DNA from: Cetorhinus maximus
Taxonomy: Eukaryota
Length of the DNA stretch: 64,000 nt
NCBI RefSeq assembly: GCF_964194155.1
Contig: NC_135881.1
Span: 17,608,001 to 17,672,000, forward strand
Direction: 5' to 3'
The position numbers and the translations under genes are program-made. Position 1 is the stretch's first letter; every line of letters begins with the position of its first letter. Shown piece by piece: positions 38,569 to 51,598 of this stretch. A model generated the notes under the pieces. It searched no databases. It had not been told where the DNA came from and saw only the letters and a list, made by a program, of their open reading frames with translations.

Positions 38569-39699
38569 CAAGGTTCAATACTGTTCACCTGGCTTCCCAC
38601 TTGTGCATACAAAGGATAAACTGGGGGCGGGGGGGGGAGAGATCAGGAACTAGCCATTTTCTCTCACCCACCCTGTGACAGCTGCAACCCAGTGTTTGCA
38701 CTGTTGTCTCCAGTCAGGTCAACAATTTAAGCCCCACACCAGGGTGGCAATGGTAAATAGCTTGGGTTGTTCAATGGAGGCAGAGAGCCTAAACAAACTT
38801 GGAACAAGAGATACAGCACCTCGTTTGTCAATTAGGCACTTTATAGCCTTCCGGACTCCACATTGAGTTCAACAATTTTAGACTGGAAACTCTTGTCATT
38901 TTGTTTCTTTCTCTTTGCATGGTTCGGTTTTTCTCTTATTTTTGCTTTCAGACAGCAGCAGACACCTGCTCTAGGCAGATCTTTTGATTGTGTCCCTGAA
39001 CATGAAAATCCTTTGAAAAGTTAACCCTCCCTTTCACTCTCCAGAGATGCAGCCTGACGGCTGAGTGTTTCCAGCATTTTGACTGATTCATGAACATTCA
39101 TTTGCACTGCTCCATTATTAAAATGTTCTGGTTACAGGTATGGTGGTGGTCACAACTGTTTTAGGAGTGTAGTCGTGCAACTGATGGTGTGCAACTGATG
39201 GTGTGCAAGGTGTTCAAAATTCAATTTAACTGGAGAAAATGAAGTTAAATAGATCATGAAATTTTTTGAATTGAGAGCGTGGCTAAGAAAGAAGAGTGAA
39301 TCACAAGGTGGGTTCTCATGGGTATAGAAGGACGCGAGAGCCAGAGGCTTCTTGGATCTGAGCAAATGTCCGCTTGTCCCTCTTTTTGTTGAAATTGTGG
39401 CTTACGCCATCACTAATACATGAGAAAAAAAGTGACCTATAAACAGAGTGCTGGAACACTAGCAGGTCTGGCAGCATCTGTGGAGAGACAGAGTTAATGT
39501 ATCAGCTCTGTGATCCGTCGTCAGGGGACAAAAGATGATAGCTGAAGCAGCAAAATTAACATGATTGCAGAGAGTCGATCTGCCTCTAATACATGGTCGC
39601 TGGAAGCTTTCTTGGATAAAAAAATACACATCGGGAGGGTTCAGATAACCAAAACGAAGGCTAGATCTGCCTCTTTGGCCTACCTGCGCAGTAAGTATG

Positions 39700-42600
39700 G
39701 CAAGGAGGTTTAGAGCAGCAACCAGAAAATTCAGAGGGGTAGGCAGGAGGAAAAGAGGCAAACCTTTCTGGTCATTCTGGTGAGCCGCACAGAGGTGCAA
39801 TTGGACACTGACTGCAGTGAAACCGAGTGCTTAAATCTGGGATTTGATAAGTAAGAGCTTTTAAGGGTTGATCACTTTTTAAAATCTATTCAAGTTTGCA
39901 TTTAATTTAACTGTAACAGTAAATTGTAGTTTCTTTTTCAGTTTTGGCTAGTGATAAACAAGGTCCCTACCTAGAGGCACCTGCAGGGTATTTCATTATA
40001 TAACTAGTTAGAATTGGTTACTTAGCCAGCAGTGGCTGACTCATCTCACTGGAATGTGAGATAATATAAATATAAATATGGTTTTGCATATGCCAAAGGT
40101 GGCAGTGGAGACTGAATGCAGCGAGACCAAGTGCTTAAATCCACGAATTTGATAATTGTGGGAATTTGGTGCCGTGAGGAGGAGGTGCTGCTCTGGTCCA
40201 AGAGGAGGAGTCAGGGACAGCAAGATCTGAAAGCTGAAGCCCAGAGGCAATAAGGTGGTGTACAGGAAGTTAATTGGTGAGTTTTAGCTTTTTTTTCCTC
40301 CCCTAAACTGGATAGAAGTAGTTTAAACTGGTGCTGGAGAGGTATAAGTATCACATTAAATGTTTTGCATAACTGTTTACTATAACTAGGGATAATCATT
40401 GAATGATATTCTAAACTTGAAACCTAATTAGTTAAATACAAACCAAATATGGCAAGGCACGTGATGTGTTGCAGCGGTAGCACGTGGGAGCTGGTGGAAC
40501 CTGTGGGATCCATGGCAATCACATCTGCAGTAAGCGTCTGCAGCTCGAGGAACTTCAGCTCAAGAGTTGATGAGCTGGAATCCGAGCTTCAGAGACTGCA
40601 GTGCATCAGAGACAGGGAAAGTTACCTGGGCACTATGTTCCAGGAAGCAGACTCATCTCTTAGAAACATAGAAAACAGAACCAGGAGTGGGTCATTTGGC
40701 CCTTCGAGCCTGCTCCACCTTCAATATGATCATGGCTGATCCTCTATCTCAACGCCATACTCCCACTCTCTCCCCATGCCCCTTCTATTTCCTTCTTAAA
40801 TATATTCAGCGACTTGGCCTCCATAGCCTTCTGTGGTAGAGAATTCCACAGGTTCATCATCCTCTGAGTGAAGAAGTTTCTCCTCATCTCAGTCCTAAAT
40901 GGCCTACCCCACATCCTGAGATTGTGACCCCTTGTTCTAAACCCCCCCAGCCAGAGGAAATATCATCCCTGCATCCAGCCTGTCCAGCCCTGTCAGAATT
41001 GTATACGTTTCAATGAGTTCTCCTCTCATTCTTCTAAACTCCAGTGAATACAGGCCTAGTTGGCTGAATCTCTCCTCATATGACAATCCTGCCACCCCAG
41101 GAGTCAGTCTGGTGAACCTTCGCTGCGCCCCTTCTATGACAAGTATATCCTTTCTTAGGTAAACAGACCAAAACTGCACACAATACTCCAGGTGTGGTCT
41201 CACCAAGGCCCTGTACAGTTGCAGTAAGACATCCTTGCTCCTGTACTCAAGTCCTCTCACAATGAAGGCCAACATACCATTTGTCTTCCTAACTGCTTGC
41301 TTGCTTGCTTTCAACGATTGGTGTACAAGGACATCCAGGTCCCTTTGTACATTAACATTTCTCAATCTATCAACATTTAAATAACATTCTGCCATTCAGT
41401 TTTTCCTACCAAAGTGGTAACTTCACACTCATGCACGTTATTGCAGCTGCCATGTATTTTCCCACTCATTCAACTTGTCTAAATCGCCTTGAAGCCTCTT
41501 AACATTCTCCTCACCACTCACATTCCCACCTAGTTTTGTGTCGTCAGGAAACTTGGAAATATTACATTTGGTTCCCTTATCCAAATCATTGATATATATT
41601 GTGAATAGCTGGGGCCCAGGCACTGGTCCCTGAGGTACTCCACTAGTTACCGCATGCCACTATGAAAAAGACCCATTTACACCTTCTCCGTTTCCTGTCT
41701 GCTAAACAATTCTCAATCATGCCAATATATTACCCACAATCCCATGTGCTTTAATTTTGCACACTAACCTCTTATATGGGACTTTATCAAAGCCTTTCTG
41801 AAAATCCAAATACACCACATCCACTGGTTCCCCCTTATCTATTCTGCTAGTAATGTCCTCAAAAAGCTCCAGTAGGTTTGTCAAACATGATTTCCCTTTC
41901 ATAAATCCATGTTGACTTTGTCTAATCCAGTTGATATTTTCTAAGTGTCCTGTTATCATATGCTTTATAACAGACTCCAGCATTTTCCCTACTACTGGTA
42001 CCAGGCTAACCAGTCTGTAATTCCCTGTTTTCTCCCTCACTCCATTTTTAAATAGTGGGGTTACATTTTCTATCCTCCAATCTGCTGGGACTGTACCAGA
42101 ATCTACAGAATTTTGGAAGATGACAATCAAAGCATCCACTATTCCCATGGCCACCTCCTTAAGGATCCTGGGATGTAAGTTATCAGGCCCTGGGGATTTA
42201 TCAGCTTTCAGTCCTATTAATTCCTCCAGCACGGCTTTTTCAGTAATACTAATTTCGTTCAATTCCTCCTTCTCACTAGATCTTTGGTTCCCTAGTATTT
42301 CTGGGAAGTTATTTATGTCTTTCTCCACGAAGGCAGAACTAGAAGTAGTTGTTTAATTGCACTGCCAATTCCTCGTTCTCCATTATAAATTCTCCCGTTT
42401 CAGACTGTAAGCTACCTACATTTGTCTTCACCAATCTTTTTCTCCTTACATACTTATAGAAGCTTTTACCGTCCTCTTTTACGTTCCTTACAAGTTTACT
42501 CTCATACTCCATTTTCCCCCTCTTAATCAATCTCTTGGTTATCCTTTGCTGAATTCTAAACTGCTCCCAATCCTCAGGCTTGCTAATTTTTCTAGCAACT

Positions 42601-45600
42601 TTATATGGCTCCTCTTTGGATCTAATACTATCCTTAATTTCTTAGGCTAGGTACTTCAAAGTTGGTCCATGGTCAGCAGCAGGTGGGTGAGACTGTAAAA
42701 GCAGGTATAAGGATCCAAAAGATAGCAAAGGAGGAGCCTCAGCCCTTGCAACTGGCCAAGGGGTTTGAGGTTCTTGCAGCTTGTGTGGACGAGAGCAGGA
42801 ACTGCAGGGAAGATGAACAAACTGACCATGGCACCATGCTGCAGGGGGCCATTCAAGTGGGGGAAGCAAAAAGAAATGTAGATGTAGTAGGGGGACAGTA
42901 TAGTTAGGGAGGAGATAGACACTGTTCCCTGCAGCCAAAAGAGAGAGCCCCAAAAGCTGTGTTGCCTGTCCAGTGTCAGGGTTAGAGAAACTTGGGAGTG
43001 GGAGAAGGGTCCACGTGGGTACCAATGACACATTAGGACTAAGAAACAGGTTCTGCTGAGGGAGTATGGAACTAAATTAAAAGCAGAGCCACTAAGGTAA
43101 TAATCTCTGGATTACTACCTGAGCCAAGCAAATTGGCACAGGGTAATTAAGATCAGAGACTTGAATGTGTGACTCCAAGATTGGTGTGGGAGAAATGCTT
43201 GTTTTATTATGGGACACTTGCACCAGTATTGGGGGAAGAGAGGAAGCTGGGAGGGCCTTCACCTGAACTGCACTGGGATCAGTGACTTAATGAGTTGTAT
43301 AACTAGGGTTGTACAAAGGGCATTAAACTAAATGGTGGGGGGGCACGTGACAGGGAAGAAGTGGGAAGATTCACAAGGGGAGATTTGGAAAGTTAGAGAG
43401 AAAGGACAAGGCAATAGTGCAAGGTAAAGATGCGGGCGATGACATCCAGACTGTGACAAACATAAGGTCGAACCAGCAAATAGGGTCAAAATAGGGAAAA
43501 ATGGTAAAAAGACAGAATTAAGGGCTCTTTATCTGAATGCACGCAGCATTCGTGACAAAATGGATGAATTGATAGCACAAATAGAAATAAATAATGGGGG
43601 CTGGTAAGAAAGGTATTGAAGTAATCATAGATTTTTAGCTTCATATAGATTGGGCGAATCAAATTGGCAAAGGTAGCCTGGAAGATGAGCTGATGAGTTC
43701 AAGATAGCTTGTTAGAACAATACGTTCTGGAACCAGCAGAGTACAGGCTATTTTAGGCCTGGCAATGAGTAATGAGGCAGGATTAATTAATGATCTCATA
43801 GTAAAGGATGCTCGAGGTAAGAGGGTCACAACATGATAGAATTACACAATCAATTTGAGGGTGAGAAATTAGTACCTTAAACTTAAATAAAGGAAATTAC
43901 AAGGGTATGAAGATGAATACGGCTAAAGTGGGCTGGGAAAATAGGTTAAAAGATGAGGCAGCAGAGAAGCAGTGGCAGGTGTTTAAGGAGATATTTCATA
44001 ACTCTCAACGAAAATATATTCTATTGAGAAGGAAAGACTAAAAGGGTGCACCATCAGTGGCCAACTAAGCAAGTTAAAGATGGTATCAAATTGAAAGAAA
44101 AGATGTACAATGCTGCATATATTAGTGGTACTCCAGAAGATTGGAAAAATTTCTAGAAACCAGCAAAGGATGACTAAAAAAAAAGGAGAAATTTGAGTAC
44201 GAGGTAAAACTCGCAGGAAATATAAAAACAGACAGTAAAAGCTTCTACAAGTATATAAAAAGGGAAACAGTAGCAACAGTGAGCATTGGCCCCTTAGAGG
44301 GGAATTAATGGGAAATAAGGAAATGGCATCAACTTCGAACAAGTATTTTGCATCTGTCTTCACAGTAGGAAACACAAAAAACATCCCAGGAATAGCAGAA
44401 AAGCAGGGGACAAAAGGGAGAGAGGGGCTTAAAACAATCATGATCACTGGAGAAAAGGTACTAGGAAAACTAATGGGACTAAAGGCTGACGTCCCCTGGA
44501 CATGATGACCTGCATTCCAGTCTTAAAAGAAGTTGCTGCAGAGATAGTGGATGCATTGGTTGCAATCTTCCAAAATTCCCTAGATTCTGCAAAGGTCCCA
44601 GCAGATTGGAAGCCGCTATTGTAACACCACTATTCAAGAAAGGAGGGAGACAAAAAGTCGAAAACTAGGCCAGTTAGTCAAACATTTGTCATTGGAAAAA
44701 TGTTAGAATACATTAGTAAGGAGTTAGCAGTAGGACATATAGAAAATCATAAATCAATTGGGCAGAGTCAACATAGTTTTGTGAAAGGGAAATTTTGTGT
44801 TTGACAAATTTATTAAAGTTTTTTGAGGATGTAACACAAGTAGAGTGGATATAGGGGTACCAGTAGATGTAGGGGTGTGTTTGGATGTCAAAAAGGCATT
44901 CAGTATGGTGCCACATAAAAGGTTACTGCAGAAGATAATGAGTTCATGGTGTTGGGTATGATATATTAGCATGGATATAGGACTGGTTAACTAACAGGAA
45001 ACAGAAAGTCAGGACGATTGGGTCATTTTCGGGTTGGCAAACAAACGCGTGGGGTGACCCCTGGATCGGTGCTGAGGCCTCAACTATTTATGGTCTATAT
45101 TAGTGACTTAAAGGGACTGACTGTATTGTAGTCAAATTTTCTGATAGATAGATATGTAGGAAAGCAAGTCGTGAGGAGAATACAAAGAGTCTGCAAAGGG
45201 GTATAGATTGGTTAAGTGAGTGGGCAAAAATTTGGCAGATGGAGTATAATGTGGGAAAATCTGAGGTTGACCCCTTTGGCAGAACAGGATGGTGTCAAGC
45301 TTCTCGAGTGTTGTTTGAACTGCACTCATACAGGCACGAATATACTTGCATTGGAAGCAGTTCAGAGAAGGTTCGGAAGGTTAATTCCTGCAATGAAAAG
45401 GTTGTCTTATGAGGAAAGGTTTAGCAGGTTGGGCCTATGCTCATTGGAGTTTAAAAGAATGAGAGATGGTCTTGCTGAAAACACACAAGATTCTGAAGGG
45501 GATTGACAGAGTAGATGGTACCTCTTGTGAGAGAATCTAGAACTAGGGGGCACAGTTTAAAAATAAGGGGTTTCCCATTTAAGGTGGAAATAAGGAGGAA

Positions 45601-45840
45601 TTTCTTCTCTGAGGATTGCTCTCTGAGAATTCTCTTCCACAGGAGAGCAGAGGAGGCTGGGTCATTGAATATACTGAAGACTGAGTTAGACAGATTTTTG
45701 ACTGACAAGGGAGTTATGGGGGTGGCAGGCAGGAAAGTGGGGTTCAGGCCACGATCAGATCAGCCATAATCTTACTGAATTGTAGAGTAGGCTTGATAGC
45801 TCAAATGGTCTACTCCTGGCTCCTATTTCTCATGATCATA
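39700..45840 (+). mobile_element. Near full-length decayed CR1 (5' UTR, ORF1 Zn-finger/esterase, ORF2 EN-RT, 3' tail) with a nested antisense CR1
   Basis: ORF1 'MARHVMCCS..TWEL...RVDELESELQRL' at 40449; esterase 'VHVGTND' near 43010; EN 'LYLNARSIRDKMDEL' near 43530; RT motifs to ~45700. Confidence 0.85.
40661..42645 (-). mobile_element. CR1 ORF2 (RT) 5'-truncated copy nested in the ORF1 of the element above
   Basis: ORFs 41717..42328, 41438..41623 and 40937..41395 carry CR1 RT motifs; short CTTAG direct repeat at the junctions. Confidence 0.92.
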
Positions 45841-45960
45841 TTAATAGATTGCTCAAAAGTTCCAGTTGCTGACAGCGAACAACAGGGGTAGATACATTCT
45901 CAAGGTAATGTGCTTTAACATAATGCAACTGCTTATAGATAATAGTCAACCAGTACATAC

Positions 45961-46091
45961 CTTCCCTCTCCTCCCCAGGCCCCATTGGGCGTAACCATGA
46001 CTTCCCTGATGGTATCCGTCTCACTGTTATAAATCATCAGTTTCAGCGGCTTTCCTTCAAAGGCCTCAATCAGATTGAAAAAATCTTCAGT
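45961..46091 (-). CDS. GORASP1: GORASP1 exon 5, [43 protein letters not shown](S)
   Basis: Manual translation; actAG acceptor, GTATGT donor; 131 nt, phase 0/2. Confidence 0.95.
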
Positions 46092-47719
46092 CTAGTTAAG
46101 GGAAAACAGATTTTTTTTTTTTAGAAAAAGTTTCCCACTTCTTCCTATCATTTCTTTCACACAAAAACACTGATCAAAAGCTGATGCAGGTGAGATTCAA
46201 CCATCATTTTTTGTTTTCCCGCACACAGATCAATTCATAAAAAGACAGATGAATTCTTTTGGGAACTCAGTTGGATAGATGTGCTGCCCCCTGGTGCAAA
46301 ACTGTGGAGTGCTGAGGAATGAATGTGTTTTATTTATTCGTTCAGAGAATGAGAGCATCACTAGCAAGGCTGGCATTTATTGTCCATCCCCCAGTTGCCA
46401 TCGGGAAAGTGGTAGTGAGCCACCTCTTTGAACCTTAGCATTCCAAGTGGTGAAGGTATTCCCACGGTGCTATTAGGGATGGAGCTCCAGATTTCTGACC
46501 CAGCGAATAACTCAACAGTTCAGGTACTTGCGTTCATAGAAAGGACTCCTGGAGCAGGTATCTTCGAGGTCTGTGGGGTTCTGCATTCCTACAGCCACAG
46601 GAATTACTACAGGAGTCAGTGGCCGGCAAAAAAGAGCTGCTGCTCCCTTCCAACCCAGCTGCTCTTGTCTTCAACTCCGAAGTCAGTCAGGCTTGGCAAC
46701 TAGGCGTTAAGCACTTCAAATCTGTAAACTGCTAAATAACAAATTCTCAGCTGCTTACAGTCAGGTGCCTTTTAAACAAGTCAGCTAATACGCGGCTCTA
46801 GGTTCCCAGTGTCTCAGAATCTAACTTGCAGAAAACAGCCTCTGAGGTGGAATCAGGTTTCCAGGACCACAAATGCCACGTGACTAGGGTGAATTCTTTC
46901 TACTCTGGCCCTTCAGTAGCTCAGAAATTTCAGCTGGCGATAGTAGCAAACATTTGATACATTTTGTATTGTGACATCATGAATGGGTTAACGTCGGCAC
47001 TAGAATAGTGCACAAAGAAATGTGCGTGAACACGTTAAGCATTAATCCCTCAACATCAGCAAAGGCAATTTCAAAGCAAACATGACTTACCTATAATAAC
47101 CCAAGATCAACACGACGACAACCACCCCTGCATCCCACCAAACCCCAGAAAAACTTTCCTCGTCACAGTTTCAACATTTGCTGATGACAAGAAAAACTTG
47201 GAAGTACTGTGAACTGAGAGGAGGATAGTGACTTCAAGAGGACAGAATGGCCGGACACATGGCAGATGAAATTTAATGTAGAGAAGTGTGAAGTGATATA
47301 TTTTGGTAGGAAGAACAAGTGAAGACAATATAAAATAAAGGATACAATTCTATAGTTGGTGCAGGAGCAGAGGAAGCTGGGAGTATATGCACACAAATCA
47401 CTGAAGGCAAGTTGAGAAAATAGTTAAAAAGGCACATGAGGACCCTGGGCTTTATAAATAGCAGCTCAATACTAAGGAATGGAGCCTGAGTTCCAACTCC
47501 CCCAGTTAGATCTATTGTACACACCATGTCACTATCTTTGGCGTATTTGTTTTCATTTCAGTGTTAGTCAGGGGCCCAACTTAACCCAGAGATGAAGTAG
47601 AGGGATATTGTCTGGTGGCAGCCTCATAAAATTACAGCTGATAAGAATCCAGCCTAGTTTGGAGCTCGCTCAAGGGATCTGTTGGAAACTCTCCACCCAT
47701 CCCGGGTCATTTTTGATTC

Positions 47720-48020
47720 AAGCATCAGATGTGTTGGTTACGCACTCACTTCTGATTCAGAATGCTGTGGATTCAAGTTCCACTCCGGAGACTTGAGCAT
47801 GGGGCTCTCTCGCCGCATTAAACCGAGGCCCTGTCTGCCCTCTCAGGTTGACATAAATTATTCCATGGCGCTATTTCAAAGAGCAGCAGGGGAGTTCTCC
47901 CAGTTTCCAGTAAAATGTTCATCCTTCAACTAGCATTGCAAACAGACGGTCTAGTGATTCAGCTTATTGTAGTGGTGGGATCTTGCTGTGCACAAATTGG
48001 CTGCCGCATTTCCCTTCACT
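47720..48020 (+). mobile_element. Deu-domain tRNA-derived SINE
   Basis: tRNA-like head (GATTCAAGTTCC B-box-like) plus CCATGGCGCTATTTCAAAGAGCAGCAGGGGAGTTCTCC. Confidence 0.65.
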
Positions 48021-48223
48021 TTGGGAGTACTCCATCGGCTGTGTTGGGAGAGCACTCTGTGCACACTTCCGTCCAGGGCATAGGCAGATCTGTCCAGCAG
48101 CACGGTTTAAAAATTTTGAATTCAGACATAAGCCAAGAAATGTTATTTACTTGTCTGGCTGGGAGCTGAACCACAGCTACCAGCCTCAGACAATGGCATA
48201 AACGTACCCTGAGAGTTTGTTAC

Positions 48224-48310
48224 CTCTTGCAGCACTTGATCTGCGCCTATAATGTAATCGGTTTGTGGCCTGAGACCTGCCAGGGCTGCCGGAGAATTTA
48301 GTTCAACATC
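48224..48310 (-). CDS. GORASP1: GORASP1 exon 4, [29 protein letters not shown] (PDZ2)
   Basis: Inside ORF 48143..48382; acAG acceptor, GTAACA donor; 87 nt, phase 0/0. Confidence 0.95.
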
Positions 48311-48899
48311 CTGTTGGGCAAGAAGAAAAATAAGTGAGGGTGGAGAGGGTTGTTGACCTTCTGTTTGCTGGCAGTGTGACATCCTTTAACTAAAGGTAAC
48401 ACACAGAGCAGCACCAAGTAAAAAAAGGAAAGCAGAATTAATTATATTTTCACAGAACGAGGATATAAACACAAATCAGTAAAACAAAGAAACATTAAAC
48501 TGTGAACGCTGCTTTAAAGCCCACATGCAGCACCAGTGTGTGATACTCAGTCACATTTTTGCTCCTTTTTGTAAATCCTGTCTTTGTAGTACATTGCTGA
48601 TTAATACAATCAAAGATTCAACCTCCAATACTGTCATAAAGGGAAACATTAATCCCCTGCCACTACTACTGTACATCGCGGCACATAAATCAACCTGGCA
48701 TATAATACGATCCTTTTCCTGGCCCCAAAAGTTACGCATTTGTATCTACTTGACGTATAATTCATGTCACGTTATATTCGCATTAGCCCCAATCAGCCTC
48801 AAATTTTCTTCTTAAAGGGCATTAGTGAACCAGATGGGTTTTTACAACAATCGGTAATGGTTTCATGGTTGTCATCAGACTTTTAATTCCAGGTTTTTA

Positions 48900-49360
48900 T
48901 TGCAGCCATGAGAAGAGATTGGATAGGCTAGGGTTGTTTCCCTTAGAACAGAGGAGGCTAAGGGGTGACCTAATTGAGGCGCACAAAACTACGAGGGGCC
49001 TAGGTAGAGTTGACAGGAAAGGCTCGTTTCCTGTAGCTGAGGGGTCAATTCCCAGGGGGCACAGATTTAAGGTGATTGGTAGAAGGATTAGAGGGGACAT
49101 GAGGAAAAACTTTTTCACCCAGAGGGTGGTGAGCGTCTGGAATTTATTGCCTAAATTGGTGGTTGATGCTGAAATGCTCAATTCATTTAAAAGGTACCTG
49201 GATCTGCATCTGAAGTGCTGTAACCTGCCAGGCTATGGACCAGGTGGAAAGTGGGATTAAAATGAGAAGAAAGAAAAGTTTATTTTTTCTCTTTTTGGCC
49301 AGCACAGACACAATGGGCTGAATGGCCTCTTTCTGCACTGTCACTTTTCTATGGTTCTAA
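48900..49360 (+). mobile_element. CR1 3' fragment
   Basis: ORF 48865..49260 'EKRLDRLGLFPLEQRRLRGDLIE...KNFFTQRVV'. Confidence 0.9.
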
Positions 49361-49555
49361 GAGGTCAGAATTGGAGGAATGCAGAGTACTTGGTGCATTT
49401 TAGGGCTGGAAGTTGTTCCAGGGATAGGGAGAGGGTGAGGCCATGGAAGGATTTGAACACAAGTTCCAGAATTTTGAATTAGAGGTGTTGCCAGCCTGGG
49501 AGTTGCTGTAATAAAAGCAAAACATTGCAGATGCTAAAAAAGCTGAAATAAAAGC

Positions 49556-49596
49556 AGTTCTGAAGAAGAGTCATATTGGGCTCGAAATGTTTAACT
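49556..49596 (+). ncRNA. Minimal hammerhead-ribozyme motif with both core boxes intact
   Basis: AGUU-CUGAAGA-A-GAGUC-AUAUUG-GGCUC-GAAA-UGUU-UAACU, inside a PLE terminal fragment (49510-49660). Confidence 0.6.
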
Positions 49597-49882
49597 CTGT
49601 TTCTCTCTCCACAGATGCTGCCAGATCTGCTAAGTTTTTCTAGCAGTTTCTGTTTTTATTATATGGGACCTACTGTAGTTCAGCGAGCTCACATTGAAGT
49701 GGAAGAAGGGAGTCCAGTCAGGAGAGCACTGGAATAGCTGATGCTCAAATAATCATTCCCTATTAAGAAGTTTGAAAAATCTGCATGGTTATAACAATTT
49801 AGTCCTTGTTTTTGCTCTAAGGCACTACTAAGTTCCATTTAAACAGATAATTGGGGTAGGGTTTGTTTTCATGTGTACTCAC

Positions 49883-50086
49883 CAGCACGTGCCAGATGTG
49901 TTCATGCGCACCTTCAAAGCTGCAGAAGCGAACACTAGCTCCTAACAGGCCCTGTCCACCCCACATGTTATTGGGGACAACTTCCACCTCCCGGACCCTT
50001 GCAGCTTTCATGTTGTACACTTCCAGCTTCACTGGCTTCTCCACATTGACAATCAGCAGGTCCTTAAAAGTGTCATTATCCTTGTT
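49883..50086 (-). CDS. GORASP1: GORASP1 exon 3, [68 protein letters not shown]
   Basis: Overlaps ORF 49817..50044; ccAG acceptor, GTGAGT donor; 204 nt; '[34 protein letters not shown]' is GORASP1-type rather than GORASP2-type. Confidence 0.96.
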
Positions 50087-50237
50087 CTGGAAAATGAAAA
50101 TTATTATTATTTTTTTTTTAAAAAAACACTTTTTAGTTAATTATTTGCAAAGTTGAATTGGGTTTCTTCAGGAAACTGCAGATGGACTGATAACATAAAT
50201 AAAAAAGGCTAATGGAATGCTGGCCTTTTATCTAGAG

Positions 50238-50490
50238 GAATAAAAGCAAAATATTGTGGACGTTGGAGATCTGAAATAAAAACAGGAAGCGCTAGAAAAA
50301 CTCAGCAAGTCTGGGAGCATCTGTGGAGTGAAACAGAGTTAACGTTATGCGCCCTATATGACTCTTTTTTGGAACTCCAGTTCTGAAGAAAAATATTCAT
50401 ATTGGACCCGAAACATTAACACTCTGTTTCTCTCTCTACAGGTGCTGCCAGACCAGCTGAGTTTTTCCAGCACTTTCTGTTTTTCTATTC
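50238..50490. mobile_element. PLE fold-back insertion inside a CR1 fragment
   Basis: Inverted arms; TATCTAGAG direct repeat at 50229-50237 and 50491-50499. Confidence 0.75.
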
Positions 50491-50569
50491 TATCTAGAGT
50501 TTTCAAATAAAAGGGGGTCAAAGTCATGCTACAGATATACAAGGCCTGGTTAAACTACACTTGGATCCT

Positions 50570-51150
50570 AAGGTCTAAGAAATAGGAGTAGGCCATTTGG
50601 CCCCTTGAGCCTGCTCTGCCATTCAATAAGATTGTGACTGATCTGATTGCGACTTTTAACTCCATTTTCCTGCCAACCACCGCGTAACTCTTGACTCCCT
50701 TGTGAATCAAAAATTTGTCTTGAATATATTCAATGACCATATATATATTGAATATATTCAATGAACTGCTCCCTTGGGAAAAGAATTCCAAATATTAATG
50801 ATCATCAGGGAAGACATTTCTCCTCCCCCTAGTTCTAGATACCCCTACGAAGGGAAAGATCCTCTCAGCATTTACTCTGTCAAGCCCCCTCAGAATCTTA
50901 TATGTTTCAATAAAGTTGCCTCTCATTCTTCTACACTCCAGGGAATATAGGTCCAACCTTTCCTCATAAGGCAACCCCTTCATTCCAGAAATCAGACTAG
51001 TGAACCTTTTCTGAACTGCTTCCAATGTATGTATACCCCTCTTTAAGTAAGGAGACCGAAACTGTACACAATACTCTAGATGCGGTCTTATCAATACCCT
51101 GTACAGTTGTAGCAAGACTTCGCTACTTTTATACTCCACCCCATCTTGCA
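50570..51150 (-). mobile_element. CR1 3' fragment
   Basis: ORF 50795..51241 'LYRVLIRPHLEYCVQF...YEERL'. Confidence 0.88.
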
Positions 51151-51380
51151 ATAAAGCAGTACAGTTCTGTGCACCATACCTTAGGATAGATATAATGGCC
51201 TCGAAAGGAGTGCAATTGAGATTTATTAGAATGGATTCCAAGGACTAAATTACAAGAGGAGATTTTATAAACTAGGGCTGTATTTCCTGGAAATTAGAAG
51301 ATTGCGGAGTGGTTTGACCAAAGTTTTCAAGATATTATTGGTACTGATAGAGAAGCTATTTCCACTGGTTGGGAAGTCTA

Positions 51381-51598
51381 TGTCACAACTTAGGTAGCCA
51401 GGCAGTGAAGGATAAGTTGGAGCCTATTCTCTATACAATTACAAGCTTATATTTACAGATACAAACACTGCATATCGTACACCTCCAACCCAACAACCAT
51501 AATTTCAGCCTGCTCCTATATATGTGAGCACAGGTGAATCCCCAATGAATGTCCACCACCGGAATACAATTAAACACCCAATTACTGTACAATCAACA
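51381..51598 (-). mobile_element. Short solo LTR (218 bp) in a CR1 fragment
   Basis: TGTCA...CAACA; flanks GTCTA/GTCTC (5-bp TSD with 1 mismatch). Confidence 0.55.
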
